This document shows, piece by piece, positions 12,401 through 25,366 of a stretch of 64,000 nt of DNA. Numbering within the stretch: the first letter of the stretch is position 1; every line of letters begins with the position of its first letter. This DNA comes from Eutreptiella sp. 'Long Island Sound 2002' (taxonomy: Eukaryota > Protista > Euglenida). Made by a program: the position numbers and the translations under genes. The DNA is taken from assembly GCA_964036045.1 (NCBI GenBank), contig OZ038378.1, positions 176,824,001 through 176,888,000 of the forward strand, read 5' to 3'. Under the pieces are notes generated by a model. The model was not told the origin of the DNA. It made no database searches and saw only the letters and a program-made list of their open reading frames with translations.

Positions 12401-15400
12401 AGAGCAGGGATGGGTGAGGTTTCCTGAACGCTCCACGCTGGTGCTCCCCTCAGGCTCTGGGTGCCACATGATTCAGGATGTGTACAGGGTGTGGTGCCCC
12501 AGTGTATGTGCCGTCTGACGAGGTGGTGAGCTGGGATTGGTTGCTGTGTTTGGCATTATCTTCTTGCTTTTTGTATCTCTTCCCTCCTTGTGATTTGATG
12601 CTTTCTCATAAATGGCAAAAAGGTGTACCGGTGCGGGGCAGTGGACGAAGATTGCTGATTGGCGGTGTTCGTTTATTTTACACTAGAACCTAATGCCACC
12701 AGCAGCGGAAAGATTAAGTGAGGTCACCGACACCACTGCCGTGTTGTGATTGTGGCCAAGGCTTTATCCCGGCACTGAGAGTCAAATGGCTTGCTCAACC
12801 GCTGTCAGAATGTTTATTTTCACATAAGTGTCAACCCCACGCAAGGGTATTGGCTCCCAGAGCTTGTTGTGGTGGTCGCCTCGAAGGGGTGCCACGAGGC
12901 AGCCATGGGCAGCTAGTAATAGCCCAAGATCAAGGAGCAGATGAAGCTCATGCTCCACCTAAGCCAAAGCCCCTCACCACCACTCGCCTCCATAACACCC
13001 AGAAGAAGAAGGCACAGCAGTAGAAGGAGTGGGACATCATTGTTCGAAAATTAACGAAAATTAGAATTTCTATGCAACTCCCAGTTTTGATGTATTTTGC
13101 AGTGCATGCCCCATTCATAACACAGTGAGGTGGTATCAAGAGTGGCATGATGCCGGTGAAATTGGGGAAGGTGTTTCTGGGGGGGGGGGGGCAGAGATAG
13201 GGGTTTCTACCCTGTGTTACCACGAGTGGGCAGGACTACTGTGTCAGGCGTAAGTCGCTTATTTTTTTTTTGGCGTAAGTCACGTTTCGAAGAACACCCT
13301 AAAATGTCTGAATTTTGCTATGCAGACGATGCGCTCTGTGCGCAGTTTGCTTGCTGTGCACACGCCCTACAGAGAAGCATGTTGATGCTGCAGAATGAAA
13401 TACAGGATTTACACAGAAGGGCCCACAGGCGCGGGACTTGGAAGTGCGCATGCAGTTGTCTCGCAGAGTGGGCATCGTGAATGCCTCCTTCAGGCATTTT
13501 GGCCAGAAAAATACACAACTTCTGGACAATGATGCCTTTTTTTTGTATGCTGCCTTTTGGTCCAGGAGACTTTCCAGAGCACACTACGACGCCAAAGCTT
13601 TCGGTTTGCAAACGTTTTGATGTTTTGTTGCTCTCAGTCAATGGAGAGAGTCTCCAAATCACACTGAGACGTAGTGCGCCGAATTGCAGAGAAAAAAGAC
13701 AACAGTACAGTAGAAGGGCCGTGAATACTGTGGGAGCAACCCCGTAAGAGCGCACTGAAGTGCAACAGCACATGCCTCCTCAACATTCTCTTAACCCCAT
13801 TCACAACATCATGTTCCCCATTTCCGGCAATTAATCACAGCCCTATGTGCAAGTGCCAGGCCCACCCGTGGTGCTTGTGCAGTTGGAGGGTCCTCCGTCG
13901 AGCTACCATTCATGACATCGTCCACCTGGTTCCCCGCATTGCAGCCTCTTCCACGAGGCCACTGCCATCTTGGGCTTTGCCCAGGATCAGCGATGCCAAA
14001 GTGTGAAAGGGCCTATGCAGTGCTGCTGTAAATTAGTGACCCACGAAGCCTGACCTTGTCAGTATCTGCTGCCCTTGCCTTTTGGGGCACATGGGCTCGC
14101 ACCACGTGCCCCATCAGGGCTAGCATCACCATACAAAGGGCACGCAGGCCCATGGCACGGCGGATCTACATTTCGAGTGATCCTTGCTCCGTCACTTGGA
14201 GCAGACAGCACTCACAGCGAGACCGTCGTGCTAGGACCGAGCCCTAGGGCAAGGCAGGGGCACAGACCCTTGCCTCCGGCTGCAGAGCTCCACCCCAGTC
14301 ACTCTGTTGAAAGAAGAGGGGGGACAGCACATTTGGCACAATCATGGTACCTACAATTGGCCTTGAGCTGAGCGAGGGATCTGTCTTGCGTTCATTTTGC
14401 TGCATTGTCGTGGTTTCGGGGTGCTGGGCCTGTGCATGCCATGTGTGCATGACCCGAAGAGGCACGTAGTAGGGGGAGTATCAGACGCGGTGCGCGCGCG
14501 GTGCGGGTACTGGGGTTGTTCCGTAGACCCTTTCATCCAGAGCCAATCAGGGGGAATGGTAACGCCTCAGAGCCCAGCAGGTACCATCTACAACTCCTCT
14601 CTCCGTAGACCATCTCCTGGAGAAGTTGTTCAAATACCTGACGCGGTGCATGCGCGGTGCGGATACTCCCCCGTAAAGCTCGTGCCCTCTTGGGATGATA
14701 CAGGGTGGTGGCGTAAGCAACTCCTGCGACTAGTCCCGCACCTGCCACCCCATTAATGCGGGTGCGTGCTCTCTGTGACGCCTGGTGTCACCGAGGTTAA
14801 CATCCCTAGTACATGAACCCCCCCCCCTTCAGTGTGGCAGCCCCACCCATACCCTTTAATGGCGCCCGCTGATGGCCTTTGCACTTCATTGTGACTGAGG
14901 ACGCGGTGGAACGTCGGATACCCATGAAGAGATGAGGAAAAGCAGCTTTGTCGGTGGGGGCACCGCATTCCACAGCATGCCGCGGCAACCATGAATTCCT
15001 GATTGCTCTGGCTACTGCTGTACACGTCTGCTGTTGTCCCGAAGCTTTTGGAACAGAAACTTAGTTGCGCATTGCGACGTGCACACGCGGTGTCGAAATC
15101 AGGTCCTGCCACTTGGCTGGCAAATGTGGTGAAAAATGTAGGAAGAGGGGGTTCTGATATTCTGGGTCACACTGCATTCCCCACTGTGGCATATCCATAT
15201 TTGGTGGGCTGGCCAAGTGGCAGGACCTGATTTCGGCACCGTGCGCCTGCGCGTCGCGATGCCTGAAGAAGTTTTGCGCTTCGACGGGAATCCATTTGGG
15301 TGGGATCGGCCTGGTCAAAAATGTAGGAAGTAGTGGTTTTGAATTATTGTGTCAAGCTGGCTTTACCCCCCCAAAACAGCGCTGCACAGGCCGTCAAATA

Positions 15401-18351
15401 CAGCAGGAACACCCGAGCCTTTGGATCTGTTGTAGGAAGGTTGTTGCTTTCCTGCGAAAAAGGCTCCCTCCTGTGGCCTTGACCAATGAGTTCCTTGGGG
15501 GTTTTTCGCCACAGCACACGCACGGCTGGTGCGCAGGGCACGCACAAGCCCGCTATTAGGGGGGTTTTGCCTGGGCGAATATCCCATCCACCCACCACCA
15601 AGCCCAAGCATGCAAAGGTCACTAAGCTGAGCGTGAAGGTCACACAACAGTACATCATGGTTGTTCAAGTTGTCCTTTGAAAGCAACCCTTTGGCTCATT
15701 TACCGTGCACAACCTATATGGGCATGCTGAACTCATGTTGCAAATTGACATGGCATGGAATGGCCAAGTCCCAAGGCAAATTATTGCCACAACTTCCAAT
15801 TTGTCAACAGGTGGTGCCTGGCAATAACAAAATTTGGGGCAACTTTTGCCCTTTCAGATGCTTTTCCATATGGGGTTGTGCCTACAGACTGCTCAACTCC
15901 CGGAGGATGTTCCATCAAAATGTGAAGCCGGGCTGCCAAATTCACAGCCAATGTCCTGGAAAATGAGCCTCTGTCTTCCAAAGCTGATAAATTTGTATGG
16001 ATCTCTGTTGTGGGACAGCAAAGGTGTTGACTTATTGTGCAAAATGGTGACCCTGACGTTGTGCTCTGGAATAACTCCTTCCAGGGCGCTCCTCGCCAAG
16101 GCTCGTTGCCTTACCCCCTCCTCTCTGGTCACTACATCACTTGTCTGGTCCCCTCGAGTCTGAGCCTACCTTGTCCGGAGGAAGTACTGTGGGACACAAC
16201 CAAGAGGGATACTTGAACGGTGCGCAGAACTCTCCGCAGATACTCAGTTTCTTTTTTGCCATGGAGAAGGAGTGCCCTTCAGTGGGTGAAGAGAGTGAGG
16301 CACCAGGAAAAAGAGGAGTGGAGTCGAGAGAGGAATGCATGATGCAGTCAATGATGATATACAGGGACTAGCTCGTCCGGGCGTCTCCTATAGATGCGCA
16401 GCCGAAAGGCATACCCTGATGGTTGTATGTACCACTACTGGAAATCTGCGGGATTGTTTTATCAAATGGCCCAGACAGACCAGCATGAACTACCATTGCG
16501 GACCGCGGCGTGGCCATGACTCCGCTCCCTGATAGGGGCCGAAATCAGGACTGGCGGATGAACAAATTAAAAACTGAGTATCTGCAGGGAATTCAGCATT
16601 ATGTACTCCAAATGGCAAGGTGGCAGTTGGGCCGCATACACAACTCTTTTCTTTGCCAAAATAAGTGCCAACATGGGTGAGCCTAAAGTGCTTCAGAAAA
16701 TCATCAAGTTGTGGAGTGGTGTCCTGCTGCCAACCTTGAAGAACTCTGGAACAGTGAATTCAGACCACAAAAGAGAAAAGTCGGAGATGGCATCCGTGCC
16801 ACCACATCTGTTGCTCTTGACTTTTCTCCACAGTTGTGCTGTGTCCCACAATGTGCAACAACACCCAAAGGAAATGAACATTTTGAAGCTGGCCAGACAC
16901 CTGTACCTGCTCCCTTGCTCCTGTCACCTCTTCAGCTTTCTACATGATGTTGATGCCGTAGCTTTGGAATCACTGCAAAGTGGTGCCCTGAATAAGTGGA
17001 TTTTCATTACACTGAGGGCAATCTGCTGCAAGCATTCAAGCGTTCTTTATCAGTCGGAGGAGATCTTGTCAAAAGGATCCAGGACCGTTCCAGCTTAATC
17101 TCCTTGACACAAACACTGCGTATTTTGCGCAATCCTGCATCCTTCTTGAAAACACTATTTCCGTTCTGTTGAAGTGTAAGCCCTTTCATGGCAACACTGT
17201 CAATAGTGGCTTGGTTCAGGCCTCAATGGCTGCCAAAATGTTTGCGAGCAACAGCAAGTGTAGGTGTTTTGGCATTGGCGAGTAAATGGCCTGGTTTTCC
17301 ACAAATGGACAAAGGGAAACGTGTTATTTTTTGTGGTTAGGCAACAAATGGGGGGGGGGAAACCAGGGCAAGACCAGGAAAAGCCAGGGAAAAAAGGGTA
17401 AAATAAGAAAAAATGGGGATCTGGTGGTACGAAACTCAGGGAAAAATCAGGAAATTGTCTAGTTTAGCTCCAGGTAAAGTGTCCCTGTTTACTCCCCTTC
17501 CCCAAATGCATTTTTCCTTCCTTTTTCTGTCGCTCCCTCGTATACAGTCGACATGGACAATCTCTACTTTGCGGTGCACAATGGGGTTTGTTTTCCCATT
17601 TTTCTCTTCATCCTCTGAGACTCTTTCATACAACCTCCTCCCACTGAATTTTGTAGGGGTTGGAAGCGGCGGTGGGTGGCCTTCAGTTCTACTTTTTTGG
17701 CCGTGGATTTGGAGTAGAGGGTTCAATTGCCATGTGCTCACTTCCTTAGTCCACAGTGCCTACTGTCCACCCATTTCCCCCCAACATTTCTGTCAAATCA
17801 CAATTTTTGGGTGACTATTCTGGATTTTTTGGGTTTCCCAGGGGTTTGCCTGGTTTTGCCAGGGTTTGCCGGTGGTTTTGCCTGCCAGTATTGCCTGTGT
17901 GGTTCTGGTGTTGGTTTTGGTTCGGTGAGCAACAGTGATTCGGCACTGGCAACCAAGGTCTGGTGATTCAACCATGTCAAGCATACTTTGGCTGATTGAG
18001 GGGGTGGTTCGTATACTGTGGGTACTCTGTGGAATGTTCATGCACAGAGAAGCAGAGGTCAAAGATTATACTGATGTGTTAAATGGATGTACAGTGCACC
18101 AGTTCAACAGACAGAGCTTGCAGGCATTTGTGGAGAGTCATAAAAAATGCACAAGATCGAGTGTAAATGGTTCTAGAGACTCGTGTGTGATTAATGGTTT
18201 GTTGATGAGGTACCGGGGATTGTTGAAGACTGCATTGGATTGCGCACACCTGTAGAGGATTGCTAACAACCGTCAGGCGTTCATGCAGACTCAATGCTTT
18301 TTGTGCATTTGGCATGAGCCACAACTGCCTGACCTCTGAACTAGACATATC

Positions 18352-18654
18352 ATGGCTGAGCAATCATTCTTGTGCCCCATCACGTATGAGCTCATGCATG
18401 ACCCCGTGCTGCTGGCAGACGGCCACACCTTTGAGAGGTCTGCCATTGAGCAGTGGTTGCAGACAAACAACACAAGCCCCATGACCCAACTGCCTCTGGC
18501 CAACAAAAATGTGGTGCCCAACTACGCCCTTCGCATGGCAATTGAGTCCCATCTCCGTGCCAACACCATCCCATACTCAGAGCTGCAGCTTGATGGTGTT
18601 GTGGGACGTGGCTGTGACAAGACGGTCTACCGGGGCCATTGGAAGGGCAGTCAG
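18352..18654 (+). CDS. U-box/protein kinase/UBA-like gene, exon 1 (U-box and kinase Gly loop)
   Basis: FLCPITYELMHDPVLLADGHTFERSAIEQWL...SPMTQLPL...VPNYALRMAIE is a canonical U-box, followed by VVGRGCDKTVYRGHW. Donor CAG|GTGTGC at 18655, phase 0. An AG lies 7 nt upstream of the ATG, so an upstream exon or trans-splice site is possible. Confidence 0.88.
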
Positions 18655-18939
18655 GTGTGCCCTGCGCTACCCAAGGTCATTCAAGTAGGAGCAGGTGGTT
18701 GTTGGGCATCCCCCCCCCCCCCTGCATAGTAATCGCCCATGCATAGTAATCGGGGGGGGGCGACGGAACCGTCACTTTCTGTTTTGCAAATTTACGCAGA
18801 AGGTTGGATATTGAGCCTCTCCGGTGTGTTTGCTGGCTGACCAAGGTGGTATTATTGGTGCATTGCTGTGTACTTCAGGTTTCTTGCATCCAAAGCACTC
18901 CACTGTACCCTGTATCATGCAGAACACTTCAATTTTTCG

Positions 18940-19135
18940 TAATTTCAGTCATGGATTAGGCAGAAAGACAAGGTACCAAGAGATGGAACGAAAGTTTTGT
19001 GCATGGATTGTAGCATGAAGGAACAAGCGGGTCATCATGACCAAGAAGATGTGCTTGGCACTAGCCAGGAAATGGGACAGTGCATCAGACACGTTTTTGC
19101 CAACAGAAAATTGTAGTTCACGCCATGTTCCTGAG
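18940..19135 (+). mobile_element. Decayed CENP-B/Tc5-type HTH (pogo/Tigger-like transposase relic) in kinase intron 1
   Basis: GRKTRYQEMERKFCAWIVA*RNKRVIMTKKMCLALARKWDSASDTF resembles the Tc5/CENP-B HTH consensus. One in-frame stop. No DDE domain or TIRs found. Confidence 0.5.
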
Positions 19136-20474
19136 GCAAACTGCTTGCCACAGGGCTGGAGCCCCCTGCCAAGCCCCCTGCCAAACCTGCTGCCAAAGCT
19201 GCCAAACCTTGTGCCAGACCCTCCACCAAGAGTGCAGCCAAACCTGCTGCCCAGGTGGCAGCCAAGCCTGCAGCCTGCAGCTGGAGAGCCTATTCTTTTG
19301 GCCCCTGTTAAGCATGTGCAGCTCTTCAGAGTCAAATGCTCACGCCAGAGAAAGTGGCACACAGAGCCTGTCTCTCAGTAAAGCTGAGCATGTATCCCCA
19401 TCGGCAGTTTCTGGCTCATTTTATGGTTCATATACCCTTGTGTCTGCATGTCGTCGCTTGGGGTGTGTTCCCTCGGGGTGCGAGGATACCGTCGCGTGCA
19501 GGCAATTACTATGCAAGGGGAAGCGGGGGTACAGTCGTGAAATGGTGGGCACCCATCGAACAGGGCTTTTTTTTTTAGAGGACAAGTGGTGACTTGTTTG
19601 CCTTAGTCCAGTCCCTCTTTGCTTCTGTTGTTTCCCCTCTCCCCCCCCTTGCTCACCACCACATAGAACGCAAGTCAGAGGCATGCGTTGCGAACACAAT
19701 GGGAAGCACTATGATGCACCTGCAAAGCCCTAACGGTTGTCCCAGGGCAAGCTGTTTAGAGGGTGCAGGACCGCCAACGCAGTCAAGCGCTGCTGGACCC
19801 CAGCGCCCGGTGGAAGTTCGCAAAATCGGCTCACCAAGGCAGTACACCCAGAATGGACGAAAGAAAGCCGTAGTGCCATAGGACCAGTGATTCTAGTGGC
19901 CCAGCACACTCCATCGCGGCGGGGACAGTGCTTCATGCCTGCACACTCTTGCACCCACACACCAGCACAATAGAACTAGAATAGGACGTACAACTTGAAT
20001 GGTGCTTTTGCTTGAGGTGCTTTGTGTATGCACAACACAGCAGGTGGCAGGTACAGACCTGCATACATGTCAGCTGATATATTGCATCTCAGTCCTTGCA
20101 GGTGTCCACATTTGTGGACGGGCCTCACAGGCAGCTGTGGAAGCAGCCTGTGTGTATGCTAGTCACATGCACCTCAATGTGGCACTCATTGATTCTCATT
20201 TTGGTGCCAGACCCCCCCCCAAAAAAAATGAAACAAGAGCTGGTCCTTTTGGACGGCGGGGCAGCGTGATCCTGCAGGTGTGCTGTGAAATTACACACGG
20301 GACCCACCCTGGTGACCTGGAATTTCTTTCTGAACACGTGGATAAAGTTACTCAGGGGATGGGAGGAGCTTGAGGCCCGCACGCTCCCTAAGGTGGAAGT
20401 TTCCATGCTCACTGAAGCTCTGTCCACCATGCAGCAGTCCACAGTGCTGTGCTGCAACACCCCCGTCTGGCGAT

Positions 20475-20705
20475 GGGCCACGCAACAAAGCGTGGATTGT
20501 GTGAGTCCCTAACCCCAACTCAAGGGGCCACACAACAAAGCGTGGATCGTGAGTCCCTAACCCCAACTCAAGGGGCCACGCAACAAAGCGTGGATTGTGA
20601 GTCCCTAACCCCAACTCGAGGGGTCACGCAACAAAGCGTGGATTGTGAGTCCCTAACCCCAACTCGAGGGTCCACAAAACAAAGCGTGGATTGTGAGTCC
20701 CTAAC
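20475..20705 (+). repeat. 48-bp tandem array, about 5 copies (left arm of an inverted pair)
   Basis: Unit GGGCCACGCAACAAAGCGTGGATTGTGAGTCCCTAACCCCAACTC(A/G)AG. Confidence 0.92.
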
Positions 20706-21284
20706 TCACCAGGCAAGTGGAAAAAAGCCCCTCAGGGTGGGGGACAAGATCAGAAGTGGGCAACAAGTGGCGCGAAAGTTCTAAAGCCTACTTCTTTTGT
20801 TTTTGGAGGTTCTGAAACCTAGTAAAAAAAAAAAACAACTTTTGTTTTACTAGGTTCTGAAACCTAGTAAAAACAAAAACTTTTTTTACTAGGTTCCCGA
20901 TACCTAGTAAAAAATAGTGAACCTAATAAAGTGTTACCTAGTAAAAAATTTTTTTAAAAATTTTTTACCAGGTTTTACTACAGACCCCACATTAGAGTGC
21001 GGAGAGCCTAGTTCAAGGGCTCCCCTGCTGCATCGCCCATCACCTTTCGCAAGGGGATGTATGCCGTGACAACGCGGTTGTCCCCAAAAAACGCTCCACA
21101 GCCTCCGCCCTCCCAAATTCTGGGTGCAGCTCTGAGGACCCATCAGGGTACACAATCATCCATCCTTGTGCATTGTACATATCAACCACGTGGGCATGTT
21201 CCGCTCGCAGTGTGTCCGCTTGGTCAAACTTTTTTTTCTGCTTTCTTGATGGGAACCACAGATCTGGGGGGGATTGTGTTTGTA

Positions 21285-22264
21285 AGTGGGCGAGTTGGGG
21301 TTAGGGACTCGAAATCCACGCTTTGTTGCGTGGCCCATCGAGTTGGGGTTAGGGAGTCACACAATCCACGCTTTGTTGCGTGGCCCATCGAGTTGGGGTT
21401 AGGGACTCACACAATCCACGCTTTGTTGCGTGGCCCCTTGACTTGGGGTTAGGGACTCACAATCCACGCTTTGTTGTGTGGCCCCTTGAGTTGGGGTTAG
21501 GGACTCACAATCCACGCTTTGTTGCGTGGCCCCTCGAGTTGGGGTTAGGGACTCACACGATCCACGCTTTGTTGCGTGGCCCCTTGAGTTGGGGTTAGGG
21601 ACTCACAATCCACGCTTTGTTGCGTGGCCCATCGAGTTGGGGTTAGGGACTCACAATCCACGCTTTGTTGCGTGACCTGTCGAGTTGGGGTTAGGGACTC
21701 CCAATCCACAATTTGTTGCGTGGCCCCTTGAGTTGGGGTTAGGGACTCACAATCCACGCTTTGTTGCGTGGCCCATCGAGTTGGGGTTAGGGACTCACAA
21801 TCCACGCTTTGTTGCATGGCCCATCGAGTTGGGGTTAGGGACTCACACAATCCACGCTTCGTTGCGTGGCCCCTTGAGTTGGGGTTGGGGACTCACACAA
21901 TCCACGCTTTGTTGCGTGGCCCCTTGAGTTGGGGTTAGGGACTCACAATCCACGCTTTGTTGCGTGACCTGTCGAGTTGGGGTTAGGGACTCACAATCCA
22001 CGCTTTGTTGCGTGCCCCCTTGACTTGGGGTTAGGGACTCACAATCCACGCTTTGTTGTGTGGCTCCTCGAGTTGGGGTTAGGGACTCACAATCCACGCT
22101 TTATTGCGTGGCCCCTTGAGGTTGGGTTAGGGACTCCCAATCCACGCTTTCTTGCATGGCCCCTTGAGTTGGGGTTAGGGACTCACAATCCACGCTTTGT
22201 TGCGTGGCCCCTTGGGTTGGGGTTAGGGACTCCCAATCCACAATTTGCTGTGTGGCCCCTCGAG
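21285..22264 (-). repeat. 48-bp tandem array, about 20 copies, reverse complement of the 20475 array
   Basis: Unit GAGTTGGGGTTAGGGACTCACAATCCACGCTTTGTTGCGTGGCCCCTT on +. Each copy contains GGGGTTAGGG. Confidence 0.92.
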
Positions 22265-23827
22265 TCGGCGCAAATATATACTGTGCGCAATGAACATTGG
22301 GTGCTGCGCTTGTTGTTGGTTTCCCCAAGATGCACTTTTTTGTGCCTTGTTTCTGATCCGCTTTGCCCATGCCCTTAAACACAAATACCACCTACCGTTG
22401 CCCCCCCCCCCCCCCATAAACTTTGTGTTTTTTGTTCAAATTCAAGTCCAAATTTGTTACTAGCGAGTAATCTAGTAAGGAAATTTGATTAAGATTTTTG
22501 GTTTTTCTACCTAGTGAAAAAAAACGTTTAAAAAATTTTTTTAAGAAAAGTTTTTTACTAGGTTTTACTCCATTTTACTAGGTTTGACTACATTTTACTA
22601 GGTTTTACTACGGCGCATACTAGGTCTTACCAAATGCCCTCTAATGTGTCGGTAAACTAGACACCGTCAACCATAATGTGTAGTAAGGAGGGGTCACGCT
22701 ATGTAACTCCCTAATTTACAATTGAAAGCAATGGAGGACTTCGGCTGGCCATGGTTTCTAGCCCCCCGTCAGAAATCTCCCAGCAAGTAGACCATCCCCC
22801 TTATGTTGTGTGTTAGTAACCACCAAACCAGGACCTATACCCACGAGGTTTTTCAACCTAAGGACCACAAACGAGCTTGACCTATTGGGCCGAGTGGGGC
22901 CAGCCAAAGCATGCCCGTGTCAGGATTGGGCACTGACCCGGATGCGCGCACAACCTTGCAGAGCCCAAACGATCGCAACCCAAGCCACTTAGGGAGGGGG
23001 CATAGGCCAAAACACATTGGTGGACCTGAATGAATTGGAAGCTAGAGTGTGGGTAGTAGGTGGTGAAAGTTGCGGGGAGTAGGCGCGGCCAAAGCCTAAT
23101 GCAGACTTTGCAACCTTAGCATTGAGGACAGACACAAACAGGGTACGGGGACAACACCCTCACCGCTAGGCACTAACCACGGGCACGGACAACCACAGGC
23201 ATGGACAGTAGCAGTAGCAGCACACTGGGGTGCATGAGAAAGGAGTGTGAATGACACAAGCATCGCAGAAGGGAGTGTTCACGTACTGCGACCAGCAGAC
23301 TAGTGGCCCGCCAAAGCAGCTAGAGACAGGGGACGTTTGGAGGTGTTTTAGTGCTGGGCCTATGGTCTTCCTATTTTGGGATCAAAGTGGGGTGGGGTGC
23401 TGTTTCGGTGGTGCTGCCTACTGTTCAGTTGGGCATATGCACCGGGAATGAGACAGCTAGTGGTTGGTGCACTGGTGAAGGTTGCAATAATTGGCGTTTT
23501 TGTGGGTCACATGGTTTATTTGGCTGACGTCCTCTTGGCGTGTTCCGAGGCTGACCCCCTCTGCCTGTCCAACTGCATCTTGCAAACGCCCACCCACTCT
23601 CTCACTTAGGACTAGAATCCCTGTCAGCAGGGTTGGAGGGAGACTAGACTGACACCAAACAAATGGTGATGCTAGTTTTTGGGACAGCAACCCCGTGTAG
23701 CACATTCACAGTACAAAGATTGTTGTTTGCTAGGATCAGTTGACTCTGATTCCCTAGTGGGTGGACTTCTACCCCCCCCTCCCCGTTTGTGAGAGCAATG
23801 CCCTTTTCAGAGCGACACGAGGTGCTG

Positions 23828-24430
23828 TTTCCACAACTTTTGGAGGTATTGTTTCCACAGATTTTGGTACGCACAGCATGCAGGACCTAAATAGGCCGAC
23901 CTGTTTCCACAACTTTGGAACTTCCAAATTCCATGGTCCCAAAAGTTGTGGAAACAGGTCAGCCTATTTAGGTCCTGCACGCTGTGCGTACAGGGGTTAG
24001 CACAGAAGCAGGACGTGGCAGAGCCACCGTGCCGCCCCCCAAGCCTCACCCTTAGTGTACACGGCGCGAGAGAAGGACCCGCGCCAAGGGCTCAGGTGTC
24101 TTCGCTGTTGGCCCGTCCGTGCCCCTTGCCCGGGGTCTCTGCTCCTCTCGGGGGTGTAGGCTCTCTCCCCGTACCCTCAGGCTCTCTCCCCGTACCCTCA
24201 GGCTCTCTCCCCGTACCCTCTCCAAAAGTTGTGGAAACAAAGTAGCCGATACAGCGTGCAGGACCATAATCGGCTACTTTGTTTCCACAACTTTTGGAGT
24301 GAGGCTTGGGGGGCGGCACAGTGGCTTTGCCACGTCCTGCTTCTGCGCTGACCCCTGTACACACAGCGTGCAGGACCTAAATAGGCTGACCTGTTTCCAC
24401 AACTTTTGGAACAATGGAATTTGGAAGTTC
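23828..24430. repeat. Nested inverted-repeat element (foldback/MITE-like)
   Basis: About 23905-24050 is the reverse complement of about 24295-24430. Internal hairpins at 23880-23985 and 24220-24298 are built from TTTCCACAACTTTTGG/CCAAAAGTTGTGGAAA. A 21-bp unit occurs x3 at 24160-24220. Confidence 0.8.
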
Positions 24431-24820
24431 CATTTTCTGGTGGTCCCCTCCCTTACATCTATCATGCCCCATTCTTCTCCTTGCTTTATTTTCATAGAAT
24501 GTGCATCAAATGTCTCACTGCTTGTGTCTTCTGGCAGCGCATGCAGACACTGCTCTTGTCAGAGCGATAAATTCCGCCAAATTTTAGAGTTTTGGTGTTG
24601 CTCTTGCAATGGGCCGCGGGGGGGGGGGGGCTCCTCCTCTGCTTTCATACCGCAAGGAAGGCCCCCTCACCATGGTCAGGCCCCACAGTTTGTGGTACCT
24701 CAATTGAAGATGTTTATGGTGACATTCGGATTTGTCATGCCCTGTTCCTGTGGAAATGCTTCGTTGCCCCAGCCAATCCTTTTGCTGAGCTTTTCTCCGA
24801 CTCAGCATCACCCTCTTCAG

Positions 24821-25051
24821 GTCGCGGTGTTGCAGTTTTCATCCCTAATCTGCGACACAGAGTTCGCACTGATGCAGAGACTAGGCATGCACCCGAACGT
24901 GGTTGCGGTGCATGGCAAAACCTGCAGCCCTGAGGGGAAGCATGGCATCGTCTGTGAATTTGCAGCCCTGGGCTCTCTCGATGCAGTACTGGATCAACAC
25001 CGTGAACCCCATTGTATTGCAGTCGCAGTGAAGCTGGAGATAGCCATGCAG
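24821..25051 (+). CDS. U-box kinase gene, exon 2 (kinase subdomains II-V)
   Basis: ccctcttcAG acceptor. Reads VAVLQFSSLICDTEFALMQRLGMHPNVVAVHG...IVCEFAALGSLDAVL...KLEIAMQ. Donor GTGTCT at 25052. Both ends phase 0. Confidence 0.88.
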
Positions 25052-25285
25052 GTGTCTGCCCCAGCGTCTGCCTCCATACCACACACACCACAAGCAGGGG
25101 TGGCACAGAGGTTTTGTGTACCACATGAGCCAGGCCTGACGACATGGGATCTGCCCATGCCAGCCTCGCAAGCACTCGACTTCCGATGACCTTCGACTTT
25201 CTTTTGGAATCTCCATCACCCCCCCCCCCCCCTTTGCTGCAATCCAATTCAATTGGTGGAGCCCCCCCGAAATAATTCGCACAAC

Positions 25286-25291
25286 ACACGC

Positions 25292-25361
<70 letters not shown>
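25286..25361 (+). repeat. (CA)n microsatellite
   Basis: Direct read. Similar (GT)n tracts at 3866-3905, 45581-45617 and 46343-46418. Confidence 0.95.

Positions 25362-25366
<5 letters not shown>

Noticed and set aside
12600-13050. KALSRH*ESNGLLNRCQN, faintly like LINE RT
   Set aside because: Too short and interrupted; no other RT motifs.
20460-22264. CRISPR-like appearance of the 48-bp arrays
   Set aside because: Units are contiguous with no unique spacers, there are no cas genes, and the context is a eukaryotic intron.
22702-23330. Possible solo LTR starting TGTAAC
   Set aside because: No matching terminal GTTACA or TSD found.
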